From the NCBI GenBank assembly GCA_045805065.1, contig JBJMMA010000010.1:1-29409 (forward strand): 29,409 nt of DNA. The letters run 5' to 3'. How positions within the stretch are numbered: position 1 is the stretch's first letter; the number at the start of each line of letters is the position of its first letter. Positions 9,345 to 18,241 of the stretch are shown here, one piece after another. A program made the position numbers and the translations under genes. The DNA comes from Bdellovibrionia bacterium. GTDB taxonomy: Bacteria; Bdellovibrionota; UBA1018. Below the pieces are notes generated by a model that did no database searches, had not been told where the DNA came from, and saw only the letters and a list, made by a program, of their open reading frames with translations.

Positions 9345-9373
9345 TGACCAGGTCCGGCAAAGCCGGACCGAGA
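9345..9373. repeat. Short REP-like hairpin, family B, copy 2 (inverted partner of copy 1)
   Basis: TGACCA-GGTCCGGC-AAA-GCCGGACC-GAGA. It has the same flanks, 8-bp stem and 3-nt loop as the reverse complement of copy 1, and abuts the liuB RBS. Confidence 0.7.
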
Positions 9374-9381
9374 GGAAAACG

Positions 9382-10989
9382 ATGGCCACCTTAAAATCTC
9401 AGATCCAGACCAGCAGTGCCGAGTTCAAAACCAATGCAGAGCATCACCGAAAGCTCGCCTCTGAACTCGAAGGCCGAATCGGACAGATCCGCCAGGGCGG
9501 CGGAAAAGACGCGCGCGAAAAACACGAGAAGCGCGGAAAGCTCTTTGTCCGGGACCGCATCGCAAAACTTTTAGACCCAGGTACGGGATTCCTTGAAGTC
9601 GGCGCTCTCGCCGCTTGGGAGATGTACGATAGCGCTGCTCCAAGCGCTGGCGTTGTCACAGGCATTGGCGTGGTTCATGGCCGCGAAGTCATGATCGTTG
9701 CCAACGATGCGACTGTCAAAGGTGGCACCTATTTCCCGATGACGGTGAAGAAGCATCTCCGCGCTCAAGAGATCGCGCGCGAAAACCGCCTGCCTTGCGT
9801 GTACCTCGTCGACTCAGGCGGCGCGTTTCTTCCGATGCAATCGGAGGTTTTCCCGGATCGCGATCACTTCGGACGTATTTTCTTCAATCAAGCCAATATG
9901 TCGGCAATGGGCATTCCGCAAATTGCTGTCGTCATGGGCTCCTGCACGGCGGGTGGCGCATACGTTCCTGCGATGTCCGATGAGACGATCATCGTTCGCA
10001 AACAAGGAACGATTTTCCTCGGCGGCCCTCCTCTTGTTAAGGCCGCAACGGGCGAAATCGTTTCTGCCGAAGACCTGGGCGGTGGCGATGTCCACTCGCG
10101 CACCAGCGGCGTGACCGATCACCTCGCAGAAAACGATGAGCATGCGCTTGAGATCTGCCGCGACATCATCGCCAATCTCAACCGCAAGCCTCCGACCTGG
10201 ATCGAGCGCATTGCTCCTGAAGATCCGCTTTATGATCCGGAAGAGATCGCAGGCATTCTTCCAACCGATCTTCGCAAGCCTTTCGATGTGCGTGAGCTCA
10301 TCGCTCGCATGGTCGATGGCTCTCGCCTTCATGAATTCAAGGCGCTCTACGGCACGACGATTGTCTGCGGATTTGCTCACATTCATGGCTATCCGGTCGG
10401 CATCATCGGCAATAACGGAATTCTCTTCAGCGAAAGCGCCCTGAAGGCCGCGCACTTCATCGAGCTCTACACGCAGAGAAAGATTCCGCTTCTTTTCATG
10501 CAGAACATCACGGGCTTCATGGTCGGACGCAAGTATGAGTCCGGCGGCATTGCAAAAGATGGCGCAAAGCTTGTGACCGCGGTCTCGAACGCACAGGTTC
10601 CTAAGTTCACGGTCGTGGTCGGCGGATCCTTTGGCGCCGGAAACTACGGCATGTGCGGACGCGCTTATCAGCCTCGCATGATGTGGATGTGGCCAAATTC
10701 GCGCATCTCCGTCATGGGCGGCGAGCAAGCCGGTGGCGTTCTCTCGCAAGTGAAGATCGAGCAACTCGAAGCTCAGGGCAAAAAGCTTTCTGCCGAAGAG
10801 ATCGAGAAGATCCAGGCTCCGATCCGCGAGCAATACGAGCGCGAAGGCAATCCTTACTACAGCACCGCACGCCTCTGGGATGACGGCATCATCGTTCCTT
10901 GGAAGACCCGCGAGTATCTTGCCATGGGGCTTTCCGCTGCGATGAATGCTCCGATTCCGGAGACTAATTTCGGCGTATTCCGCATGTAA
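9382..10989 (+). CDS. liuB: Methylcrotonyl-CoA carboxylase beta (carboxyltransferase) subunit
   Basis: Motifs [74 protein letters not shown]-terminal FGVFRM. Confidence 0.95.
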   Translation: MATLKSQIQTSSAEFKTNAEHHRKLASELEGRIGQIRQGGGKDAREKHEKRGKLFVRDRIAKLLDPGTGFLEVGALAAWEMYDSAAPSAGVVTGIGVVHGREVMIVANDATVKGGTYFPMTVKKHLRAQEIARENRLPCVYLVDSGGAFLPMQSEVFPDRDHFGRIFFNQANMSAMGIPQIAVVMGSCTAGGAYVPAMSDETIIVRKQGTIFLGGPPLVKAATGEIVSAEDLGGGDVHSRTSGVTDHLAENDEHALEICRDIIANLNRKPPTWIERIAPEDPLYDPEEIAGILPTDLRKPFDVRELIARMVDGSRLHEFKALYGTTIVCGFAHIHGYPVGIIGNNGILFSESALKAAHFIELYTQRKIPLLFMQNITGFMVGRKYESGGIAKDGAKLVTAVSNAQVPKFTVVVGGSFGAGNYGMCGRAYQPRMMWMWPNSRISVMGGEQAGGVLSQVKIEQLEAQGKKLSAEEIEKIQAPIREQYEREGNPYYSTARLWDDGIIVPWKTREYLAMGLSAAMNAPIPETNFGVFRM

Positions 10990-11000
10990 GGTTTGTCGCT

Positions 11001-11134
11001 GAGCAAATCACAGACAGTGGTGAGAAAGAATTTAAAGGGCCTCGTTGTGACTTCCTGTCACATTCCCTGTCGGCATCCTGCCTGGGAATGACTCGGCCTT
11101 TAAATTCTTTCTCACCACTTTCTGTGATTTGTTC
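11001..11134. repeat. Long-hairpin element with conserved branched core, copy 1
   Basis: 38-bp inverted arms (11001-11038 / 11097-11134; one G-T pair, one mismatch) surround a 57-nt core (11040-11096) that is 54/57 identical to 13904-13960. Confidence 0.92.
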
Positions 11135-11309
11135 GCTGGTTGATCTTTGGGTTGCGGATGGAGTTCGGTTTCTGATGAACATCAATGAATTGAATGTCGG
11201 TCTGATGCGGAAACTTCGCCGCTGAATTAAACTTTTTCTGTGTAATTCGCACTTATTACAATGCGTACATGACTTCGAGATTCGAAGTACACTCTCAACA
11301 CAGCTTGAT

Positions 11310-11338
11310 TTGCTTTGGTCTTTGCCGGGCGTTACAAT
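11310..11338 (+). promoter_or_regulatory. Putative sigma70 promoter of the Cys-rich peptide gene
   Basis: TTGCTT-N17-TACAAT about 40 nt upstream of ATG 11380. Confidence 0.45.
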
Positions 11339-11379
11339 TTAAGATATCCGCTTATTGCTTTTCAACCATTGGGGTTTAA

Positions 11380-11637
11380 ATGAAAAAGCTTCTGACCATC
11401 GGTTTCGCTTTTGGAGTGTCCGCTCTGTTGGGAGCTAGCCTTCTTTACAGTGGTAGCGTGACAGCTGGCGTATGCTTTTCCAGCTTTACAGGAGCCGCCG
11501 TTACGACAGCATTTGGTACGACCTGTCCTGCTTCCTTGTGTGATCCGAGCCTTTGCCTGGGCACTTGCGGTGGTGCCGGAACTGTGTCTTCTTGCTCGGT
11601 CAATGGGGGCATGTGCTTGCTCGTTTGTACTTACTAA
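11380..11637 (+). CDS. Small secreted cysteine-rich peptide (85 aa; ~56-aa mature part with 8 Cys)
   Basis: MKKLL plus a hydrophobic stretch and VTA cleavage site form a Sec signal. GGGG RBS. All 8 Cys lie after the signal peptide, and the ORF converges on the next gene at a palindrome. Confidence 0.8.
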   Translation: MKKLLTIGFAFGVSALLGASLLYSGSVTAGVCFSSFTGAAVTTAFGTTCPASLCDPSLCLGTCGGAGTVSSCSVNGGMCLLVCTY

Positions 11638-11666
11638 AACCAAAAGGTGGTCGCGTACTTTTGGTT
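11638..11666. repeat. Short REP-like palindrome, family A
   Basis: AACCAAAAGGTGGTCGCGTACTTTTGGTT lies exactly between two convergent stop codons and is near-identical to 13809-13837 and 14023-14052. Confidence 0.85.
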
Positions 11667-12084
11667 ATTTGAGCTTGGTCATGAACCAGGGTTTTTTTGC
11701 GGGAATTATTTTCGCTTCGTGCGCGGCGGTTGGCTTTTCAACCCGGAAAAACTTTGGTGCTTGTGCGACTTTGGCCACGATGTCGGTCTTTTGTGGCAAT
11801 TCGCTCTTGTCGGTCTCGTAATGAGTGGTCGCACCTTCCGAGCAAATGCGTGAGAACCATGGAAGCGTGCTTTTATGAGGCTCGGTCAAGACGTACTTTC
11901 TCATCGAGGGTTCGTCAGTCCACACGGTCGCGGTCCAGAAAGTGAGCCATGGCCCCATGTAAGTTGCGACCGCCAGGCAATTAGGGTCCTGAACCGCCTG
12001 CTCCAAAGCAGGGTTGGAAAGTTTTGAGAATTTAAAAAGATGGGTCCAGCTGATGAGACGAAGACGAGTGATCGATACGAGCAT
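11665..12084 (-). CDS. DUF3291 / antibiotic-biosynthesis-monooxygenase-like small protein
   Basis: Pattern VSITRLRL...FWTATVWTDEPSMRKYVLTEPH...EGATTHY recalls the DUF3291 family. Start set at ATG 12084. Confidence 0.6.
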   Translation of the reverse strand: MLVSITRLRLISWTHLFKFSKLSNPALEQAVQDPNCLAVATYMGPWLTFWTATVWTDEPSMRKYVLTEPHKSTLPWFSRICSEGATTHYETDKSELPQKTDIVAKVAQAPKFFRVEKPTAAHEAKIIPAKKPWFMTKLK

Positions 12085-12113
12085 AGAGACAAGTCTTACC
12101 ACAAGAAAAAGTG

Positions 12114-12137
12114 AAGCAAAGATGGTCGCTCTATTTT
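12114..12137. repeat. Degenerate family A palindrome
   Basis: AAGCAAAGATGGTCGCTCTATTTT versus AACCAAAGGTGGTCGC-CTACTTT, 2 nt downstream of the cyanophycinase stop codon. Confidence 0.55.
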
Positions 12138-12139
12138 AA

Positions 12140-12916
12140 TTAGCGCTCTCTTTTTTGAGTCATCAGATTGTACTTATCGCCTGGCTTAAGGACTTCTTTG
12201 CCTTGAGGCGTGAGGACGACGACGGCACTTGGGCCAACCGCTTTTCCGACGCCGTCTTCGACTATGAATCCGGCAGGCTCGTCAATGCCGACACCGATGG
12301 TGCCTGGGTTTGCCATCATGAGAAACTTCAGACGTGCTTCGCGATCGCGCACGATGAAATGCTGATCCACGATGACGTGCGATGGAAGCAGGCAAAGGCC
12401 TGGCCCAGTGACCAGATTAGGATCTCCAGTTGGCGTGGGATCGTTTTCCGCGATGATTGCGATGTTTGACATGATCGCCGTCCCTGCGCTCGTTCCGGCA
12501 AACGGTGTCCCGTCCTTGAATTTTTTGGCGATGGCCGATCGGATCTCGTTATCTTCGATCGTTTTGAGAATTCGCTCTTGGCCTCCGCCGGTAAAGAAAA
12601 CCCCCGTTGCCTCCTCAAGTTGCTTGAGGAACAGCTTTTTCCTGGCTGGGCTCAAGGGGAAACCCGGCGCGACGACGAACGCATCGTCGCCCAGGTGGGG
12701 CTTGAGTTGCTTGATGATGTTTTCTGCGTAATCCGGGTATCGAGTCGCCCAAGGGATCACAAGAACTTTAGCTTTCTTGCTTTTGCCCTTGGTCCATTCA
12801 ACAAATTTCGTGACTGCCTCTTTGGGGAATTCCAAGCTTCCTCCAAGAACGATCAATCTCTCCTGAGCAACAGCCGAAGATGCAATAAACAATAATGCAA
12901 GAATGAGTCGATTCAC
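12140..12916 (-). CDS. Secreted cyanophycinase-like serine peptidase (S51), paralog 2
   Basis: ATGVFFTGGGQ, nucleophile motif GTSAG, VDQHF..R.R..RL, GIDE. Signal peptide ends AVA-QE. GTG 12916 has a GAGGGG RBS. Confidence 0.88.
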   Translation of the reverse strand: MNRLILALLFIASSAVAQERLIVLGGSLEFPKEAVTKFVEWTKGKSKKAKVLVIPWATRYPDYAENIIKQLKPHLGDDAFVVAPGFPLSPARKKLFLKQLEEATGVFFTGGGQERILKTIEDNEIRSAIAKKFKDGTPFAGTSAGTAIMSNIAIIAENDPTPTGDPNLVTGPGLCLLPSHVIVDQHFIVRDREARLKFLMMANPGTIGVGIDEPAGFIVEDGVGKAVGPSAVVVLTPQGKEVLKPGDKYNLMTQKRER

Positions 12917-12944
12917 GGGCACCCCTCTGCGAGTGAATGAGGCG

Positions 12945-13733
12945 TTATTTCACGCGCTTTCTATTGGTCAAATCGTACTTCTCGCCCTTTTTCAAAAGCG
13001 TTTTGTCGTCTGGAGTTAAGACAACTACGGCGCTTGGACCCACGGCTTTTCCGATGCCGTTCTCAACAATTAGGGCTTCATCCTCGTCAATCCCAACACC
13101 GATCGAGCCCGGATTGTTCAGCATCATGATCCTCAATCTGGCCTCCCGGTTCCTGATGATAAAGTGCTGATCCACGATCACATTGGATGGCAGAAAGCAG
13201 AGTCCTGGGCCCGTAGTAACATCCGGAGAACCGTTCTCGAGATCTAGCGGACCGAGTGGCAGCTTCTTTTCTTCCATCAGGGCGACCTTCGACATGATCG
13301 CGGTTCCCGCGCTCGTACCGCCAAAAGGAGTTCCGGAGCGATACTTTTTATCGAGAGCTGACTTGATCTCTTCATCTTCGAGAACTTTCGCGATTCTGGC
13401 CTGATCACCACCCGTAAAGAAAACGCCCGTAGCCTGCTCAAGCTCTTTTAGAAACTTCGCCTTGTCCTCAGCACTCAAAGGAGCAGTAGGAGCAATCGTG
13501 AACGCATCGGACTTTGTGAAAGGCTCAACTGCTTTTTTGATGTTTCCCGAGTACTCTTGAGTCTTTTTTGTCGCCCAGGGAATAATCAGGACCTTGGCTT
13601 GCTGACCCTGAGCCCACTCCGCAAATTGAGAGGCTGCTTCACGCGGGATATTGCCACCACCTACGACTACGAGTCGTTCCTGAGCAAACGCAGATGATGT
13701 AATCAATAAAGCGGATAATAGAAATCGGTTCAC
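12945..13733 (-). CDS. Secreted cyanophycinase-like serine peptidase (S51), paralog 1
   Basis: ATGVFFTGGDQ, GTSAG, VDQHFIIRNREARL, GIDE. Signal peptide ends AFA-QE. GTG 13733 has an AAGGA RBS. Confidence 0.9.
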   Translation of the reverse strand: MNRFLLSALLITSSAFAQERLVVVGGGNIPREAASQFAEWAQGQQAKVLIIPWATKKTQEYSGNIKKAVEPFTKSDAFTIAPTAPLSAEDKAKFLKELEQATGVFFTGGDQARIAKVLEDEEIKSALDKKYRSGTPFGGTSAGTAIMSKVALMEEKKLPLGPLDLENGSPDVTTGPGLCFLPSNVIVDQHFIIRNREARLRIMMLNNPGSIGVGIDEDEALIVENGIGKAVGPSAVVVLTPDDKTLLKKGEKYDLTNRKRVK

Positions 13734-13780
13734 AAGCAAATCCTTTGCGAGTTGAAGAGTCAGACATCCTGTCACTCAAA

Positions 13781-13810
13781 AGTATAGCAACCGACTCCGA
13801 CTCTAAGCAA
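13781..13810 (-). promoter_or_regulatory. Putative sigma70 promoter for the cyanophycinase pair
   Basis: Minus strand TTGCTT-N18-TATACT with an extended -10 (TGn), about 45 nt upstream of GTG 13733. Confidence 0.5.
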
Positions 13811-13837
13811 CCAAAGGTGGTCGCCTACTTTTGGTAG
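13809..13837. repeat. Family A REP-like palindrome (left member of an inverted pair)
   Basis: AACCAAAGGTGGTCGCCTACTTTTGGTAG is the reverse complement of 14023-14052 except for one base. Confidence 0.85.
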
Positions 13838-13866
13838 CACCTCTCCGTCATAAAACTGTCGATCGT

Positions 13867-13996
13867 GAGCAAATCAAAGCGAGTTCAGACTTAAGATAAA
13901 AGCCCTCGTTGTGACATCCTGTCACATTCCCTTTCGGCATCCTGCCTGGGAACGACTCGGGTTTTATCTTAAGTCTGAACTCGCTTTGATTTGTTC
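13867..13996. repeat. Long-hairpin element with conserved branched core, copy 2
   Basis: 35-bp inverted arms (13867-13901 / 13962-13996; only one G-T pair) surround the 57-nt core 13904-13960. Same GAGCAAATCA...TGATTTGTTC ends as copy 1. Confidence 0.92.
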
Positions 13997-14022
13997 GACT
14001 ATCGGACTTTGACGCACGAGCA

Positions 14023-14052
14023 CTACCAAAAGTAGGCGACCACCTTTTGGTT
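14023..14052. repeat. Family A REP-like palindrome (right member of the inverted pair)
   Basis: CTACCAAAAGTAGGCGACCACCTTTTGGTT touches the acs stop codon. Confidence 0.85.
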
Positions 14053-16094
14053 TAGTCTTCGTCTTTTTGGAGAGCCGCGATTGCGCTGAGGTCCTCGAGC
14101 GTCGTTGTGTCGCCCTTCACCTGACCAGTGGCTGCGAGTTCTCTAAGAAGTCTGCGCATGATTTTTCCGGATCTTGTTTTGGGAAGAGACTCGGCGAGAC
14201 GAATGTCATCTGGGCGCGCGAGCGCTCCAATCTCTTTTGCTACGTGAGCTCTGAGTTCGTTTTTGATCGCATCGAGTATTTTTGCGTCACCGCCGGCGTC
14301 TTTTGTTGCCTGGGATTTGAGAGTGACGAACGCAACCACTGCCTGGCCCTTGAGATCGTCAGGACGTCCAACGACTGCAGCCTCGGCAACCTTTGCATGC
14401 GCGACAAGGGCACTTTCGATTTCCATCGTTCCCAAGCGATGTCCGCTGACATTGAGAACATCGTCAACGCGACCCAAGCACCAAATGTAGCCGTCTTCGT
14501 CTTTGCGAGCGCCATCGCCCGTAAAGTAGATGCCGCCGGGGAACTCGGAAAAATAAGCTTTCTTGAAACGCTCTGGATCTTTGAAGATGGTGCGCGCCAT
14601 CGCTGGCCACGGCTTTTTGATGACGAGCAATCCCCCCGATCCCAGCGGAACGGAGTTGCCTTGCTTATCCACCACATCGACGTCGTAACCTGGAAGAGGC
14701 TTGGTCGCCGATCCCGGCTTTGTGGGAACAGCGCCAGGAAGCGGAGAAATCACAATCGCTCCGGTTTCCGTCTGCCAGTACGTATCCACGATTGGGCACC
14801 GTCCCCCACCGATCACATCGCGGTACCACATCCAGGCTTCAGGATTGATGGGTTCGCCAACGGTTCCCAAAAGCCTCAGAGAACTCAGATCACGAGACTT
14901 TGGATACTGATCCCCAAGTTTCATGAACGCGCGGATCGCAGTCGGCGCCGTATAGAGAATGTTCACACAATGACGCTCAATCATCGCCCAGAAACGATCC
15001 GACTCCGGATGCGTTGGCGCACCTTCATACATGAAAATCGACGCACCCGCAGCGAGTGGTCCGTAAACCACATAGCTATGACCTGTGACCCAGCCAACAT
15101 CGGCTGTGCACCAGTAAAGATCATTCGGCTTGAGATCAAATACGGTTTTTGTCGTCTTGAGAACACCGGTCATGTAACCGCCGGTGGAATGAACGATTCC
15201 TTTTGGCTTACCCGTGGTCCCGCTCGTGTAGAGAATATAAAGCGGATGCTCAGAGTCCAGATGCTCCGCCCCACCGAGCGATTTTCTCTCCGCATGAGTC
15301 GTACCGGCCAGAAGGTCGTGATAATCCCACTCCTTCACCCCGTCACGATCGACTGGGTTTGCTGAGCGATTTTCGAAAGTAGCTGCAAGCGTTCCGGCTT
15401 TCGCGCGCTTGAGAACAACGACATTTTTCACTGTTGGGCAGGATTCCAAGGCAGCAACGACATTGGCTCGAAGAGAAACCCAGGCGCCTTTTCTGTATCC
15501 GCCATCAGCGGTAATAACGAGCTTGGCTTCAGCATCACCAATACGATCCTTAAGAGCCTCGGTGCTGAATCCGCCAAAGACCACGGTATGAGTCAGGCCT
15601 GCACGCGCGCACGCCAGCATCGCAACGGCGGCTTCTGGAATCATCGGCATATAGATCGCAACACGATCGCCCGCCTTCAGCCCCATCTTTCTGAGCGATG
15701 CCGTGAAGCACTCGACCTGACGATGCAGCTGCGAGTAGGACCAGTTGACGATCTCGCCCGGCTCACCTTCCCAGATGATCGCGGATTTTTGCCCATGCTC
15801 AGCCAGGTGACGATCCAAGCAATTGTACGAAGCATTGAGCTTTCCACCGACAAACCATTTGGCGAATGGAGGATTCCATTCCAAAACCTGGTCCCAGGGC
15901 TTGAACCAATCCAGCCCCAGTGCAGCCTCGCTCCAATATCCTTCAGGATCAGACGTCGCGTGACGGATCACGTCCGGATAGGTTGCTGGCGACACGATCG
16001 CTTTTTCCGCAAATTCTTCGCTTGGCGGAAAAACGCGGGTTTCTTTTAACGTCACCTGAATATTGGCCTGGGAATTTGAAGGACTGTCGCTCAT
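14052..16094 (-). CDS. acs: Acetyl-CoA synthetase (AMP-forming)
   Basis: Motifs [62 protein letters not shown]. Start set at ATG 16094, since the longer ORF overlaps the divergent gene. Confidence 0.96.
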   Translation of the reverse strand: MSDSPSNSQANIQVTLKETRVFPPSEEFAEKAIVSPATYPDVIRHATSDPEGYWSEAALGLDWFKPWDQVLEWNPPFAKWFVGGKLNASYNCLDRHLAEHGQKSAIIWEGEPGEIVNWSYSQLHRQVECFTASLRKMGLKAGDRVAIYMPMIPEAAVAMLACARAGLTHTVVFGGFSTEALKDRIGDAEAKLVITADGGYRKGAWVSLRANVVAALESCPTVKNVVVLKRAKAGTLAATFENRSANPVDRDGVKEWDYHDLLAGTTHAERKSLGGAEHLDSEHPLYILYTSGTTGKPKGIVHSTGGYMTGVLKTTKTVFDLKPNDLYWCTADVGWVTGHSYVVYGPLAAGASIFMYEGAPTHPESDRFWAMIERHCVNILYTAPTAIRAFMKLGDQYPKSRDLSSLRLLGTVGEPINPEAWMWYRDVIGGGRCPIVDTYWQTETGAIVISPLPGAVPTKPGSATKPLPGYDVDVVDKQGNSVPLGSGGLLVIKKPWPAMARTIFKDPERFKKAYFSEFPGGIYFTGDGARKDEDGYIWCLGRVDDVLNVSGHRLGTMEIESALVAHAKVAEAAVVGRPDDLKGQAVVAFVTLKSQATKDAGGDAKILDAIKNELRAHVAKEIGALARPDDIRLAESLPKTRSGKIMRRLLRELAATGQVKGDTTTLEDLSAIAALQKDED

Positions 16095-16182
16095 TTCTGG
16101 GAGCTTACCGCGCGTGTAGGCAAAAGCAAGACGGGGTGCCCCAGAAATGACTCGCTGAAAATGCTTTGCAACACTCAAGGCT

Positions 16183-17520
16183 ATGATACTCATTATACTC
16201 GTGAACGTTCGTTTCGGAGTCAGGCATGTAACATCAGCGACGCTCTGCGCACTCCTGTTATTCACCGGGGTGCATTGCTCAATTTCACTCTATGCTTCAT
16301 TGCCTGTTGCGCTTGCTGATGAGCCTCCGCTTGCGACAAAACCAACCGCGCAACAACCGATTTCGCAGCAAGTGCTCTTGGGAAGTGATCGCCTCTTTGA
16401 GCCAGCTTACTTGGACGCGCTCAAAGGAAAACGCGTTGGAATCCTGGCTCACGCTGCAAGCCGAACTCATGACGGCACGCACGTCGTGGATTGGGTTGCC
16501 TCTCATCATGAGTTTGATCTCAAGATGATTTTTGCTCCTGAGCATGGCTATCGAAGCGTCGATGACACGCTTTTGCCTGACTCGCAGGACCCGATGACAG
16601 GGCTCCCGGTTTATTCGCTTTATGGCCCAAGAAAAGCGCCAACGGATGAGATGCTCTCTCAACTCGACGCCGTTCTGATTGATCTTCAAGATGTTGGGCT
16701 TCGCTACTACACTTATCCTGCCACTTTGGTTTACACGCTCAGAGCATGTCAGAAGAATGGAACGAAAGTTTTCATTCTCGATCGCCCCAATCCTTTGGGA
16801 GGCTCAGTTGTCGATGGTGCCCTGCTCGACAGTTCACTGGCCAATGGCAGCCTGACTACTCTGGCCGCAGTTCCCACTCGCCATGGAATGACGTTGGGAG
16901 AGCTTGCGATTCTTTATAACAAGATGCTGGGAATCGGCGCGGACGTCACCGTCGTTCCGATGAGCGGCTGGAATCGCTCGATGCTCTGGGATGATTCCAA
17001 GCTTCAGTGGGTTCCTCCCTCTCCTGCCCTCACCACTCCTGAGCAAACGTATCTTTACGCGCTCTTTGGAACGCTTGAGTCGGCGAATCTTGCCGTCGGT
17101 CGCGGGAAAACCAACGAGTTTGCGTTTCATATTTTTGGTGCGCCCTGGATCACGCAGGAAAAAGGCATGATTCTTGTGAAAGAGCTGCAGCAGCTTTCAC
17201 TGCCAGGTCTCCAGTTTCAGTACGTGAGCTGGGTTCCGAATCGCGATATCTTTCTCGGCAAGCTTTGCCGCGGCTTCAGGGTTGACGTGACGAACCCATC
17301 CAAGCTGGAGGGCTTCCGAAGTCTGATTCTGGTTTTGGAAAAGATGAAGTCGGTGCTCGGCGCATCGTTCGATACCAAGGGATTGCTCGCCATGCTGGGC
17401 GCTGATTGGCTCAAGAGCGGCATCGATGCGGGCACGCCGGTCAATGAACTCATGGAGCGCGCCTCACGCGAGAATCAGGACTTCATGAAGCTCAGGCAAG
17501 AGGCTTTGATTTATCCGTAA
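16183..17520 (+). CDS. namZ: Exo-beta-N-acetylmuramidase NamZ (DUF1343/YbbC) family, exported
   Basis: Motifs [59 protein letters not shown]. Hydrophobic N-terminus. Exact start uncertain (16183 or 16201). Confidence 0.88.
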   Translation: MILIILVNVRFGVRHVTSATLCALLLFTGVHCSISLYASLPVALADEPPLATKPTAQQPISQQVLLGSDRLFEPAYLDALKGKRVGILAHAASRTHDGTHVVDWVASHHEFDLKMIFAPEHGYRSVDDTLLPDSQDPMTGLPVYSLYGPRKAPTDEMLSQLDAVLIDLQDVGLRYYTYPATLVYTLRACQKNGTKVFILDRPNPLGGSVVDGALLDSSLANGSLTTLAAVPTRHGMTLGELAILYNKMLGIGADVTVVPMSGWNRSMLWDDSKLQWVPPSPALTTPEQTYLYALFGTLESANLAVGRGKTNEFAFHIFGAPWITQEKGMILVKELQQLSLPGLQFQYVSWVPNRDIFLGKLCRGFRVDVTNPSKLEGFRSLILVLEKMKSVLGASFDTKGLLAMLGADWLKSGIDAGTPVNELMERASRENQDFMKLRQEALIYP

Positions 17521-17543
17521 ATGGTTAGGCCAAAAGGACAGAC

Positions 17544-18233
17544 ATGAGAAAAGAACTGTTGGCAGTTTTCGTATCTCTCGCGCTTTCAGCTCCGGCGTTT
17601 GCAGCAAAACCAAAATGCGATCTTCCGGAATGGCGAGAGCTCTCTCATGAAGCTTCCGTTTTGAAGTCTCATGCAGGAGTCGCTCAACGCGATGGAAACC
17701 ATCTCAAGATCACTCTTGAGAACGGAAAGTCGATCGATCTGAACGATCGGGTTGAAGGTGATGAGGCAGGTGCCGCATCCGACATCCATCGCGTGGTCGA
17801 TGCTGGTCCCCATGGCGAGTGGGTCACTGTGTTTGAGTCTGGATCAGATTCCTTTGGCTACAAAGTCATTCATCGCAAATCCGGAAAAGTGGAAGAGCTC
17901 GGCGGCTGCCCTATCTGGTCCCCGACTCATAAAAAAGATGGCGAATACTTTGTCGCTCTTCACGAGGATCTTGAGTCCGGCAAAACCTCGAACGAAGCGT
18001 CCCTTTGGTTTTGTGAGAAGCCTTCCGAAAGTTGCCAGAAGATCTGGTGCGCCCCTGGATCTGAAGGCGGTCGCGACGCTCAGTGGAGTGGTTCCAAAGT
18101 TCGCATCACTTTATCGAAAATCGATATGGATCGCGCGGGCCAGCCTGAGGTGATTCAGACAGTGAATTGCTCTCCTAAAAAGGCAAATTCAGGCTGTATC
18201 AAGCCGAAGGCGTGGAAGAAGGCTGGAAAGTAA
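17544..18233 (+). CDS. Secreted hypothetical protein
   Basis: AAGGA RBS, signal peptide ending AFA-AK, several Cys/Trp. Starts 23 nt after the namZ stop. Confidence 0.75.
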   Translation: MRKELLAVFVSLALSAPAFAAKPKCDLPEWRELSHEASVLKSHAGVAQRDGNHLKITLENGKSIDLNDRVEGDEAGAASDIHRVVDAGPHGEWVTVFESGSDSFGYKVIHRKSGKVEELGGCPIWSPTHKKDGEYFVALHEDLESGKTSNEASLWFCEKPSESCQKIWCAPGSEGGRDAQWSGSKVRITLSKIDMDRAGQPEVIQTVNCSPKKANSGCIKPKAWKKAGK

Positions 18234-18241
18234 CTTCATGC

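Noticed and set aside
10462..10476. ELYTQ in LiuB where I recall ELCxQ in homologs
   Set aside because: A single TAC/TGC difference could be a variant or a sequencing error, and I have no evidence that it matters.
9814..10833. 339-aa - strand ORF
   Set aside because: It is the antisense shadow of liuB.
11362..11643. 93-aa - strand ORF opposite the Cys-rich peptide
   Set aside because: The + strand ORF has a signal peptide, RBS, promoter and even Cys count; the antisense ORF has none of these.
11001..13996. Hairpin elements as integron attC sites, a CRISPR array or a retron msr-msd
   Set aside because: They lack RYYYAAC/GTTRRRY boxes and a regular repeat-spacer period, and no intI, cas or reverse transcriptase gene is in the window.
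14067..15365. 432-aa + strand ORF
   Set aside because: It is the antisense shadow of acs, explained by codon bias.
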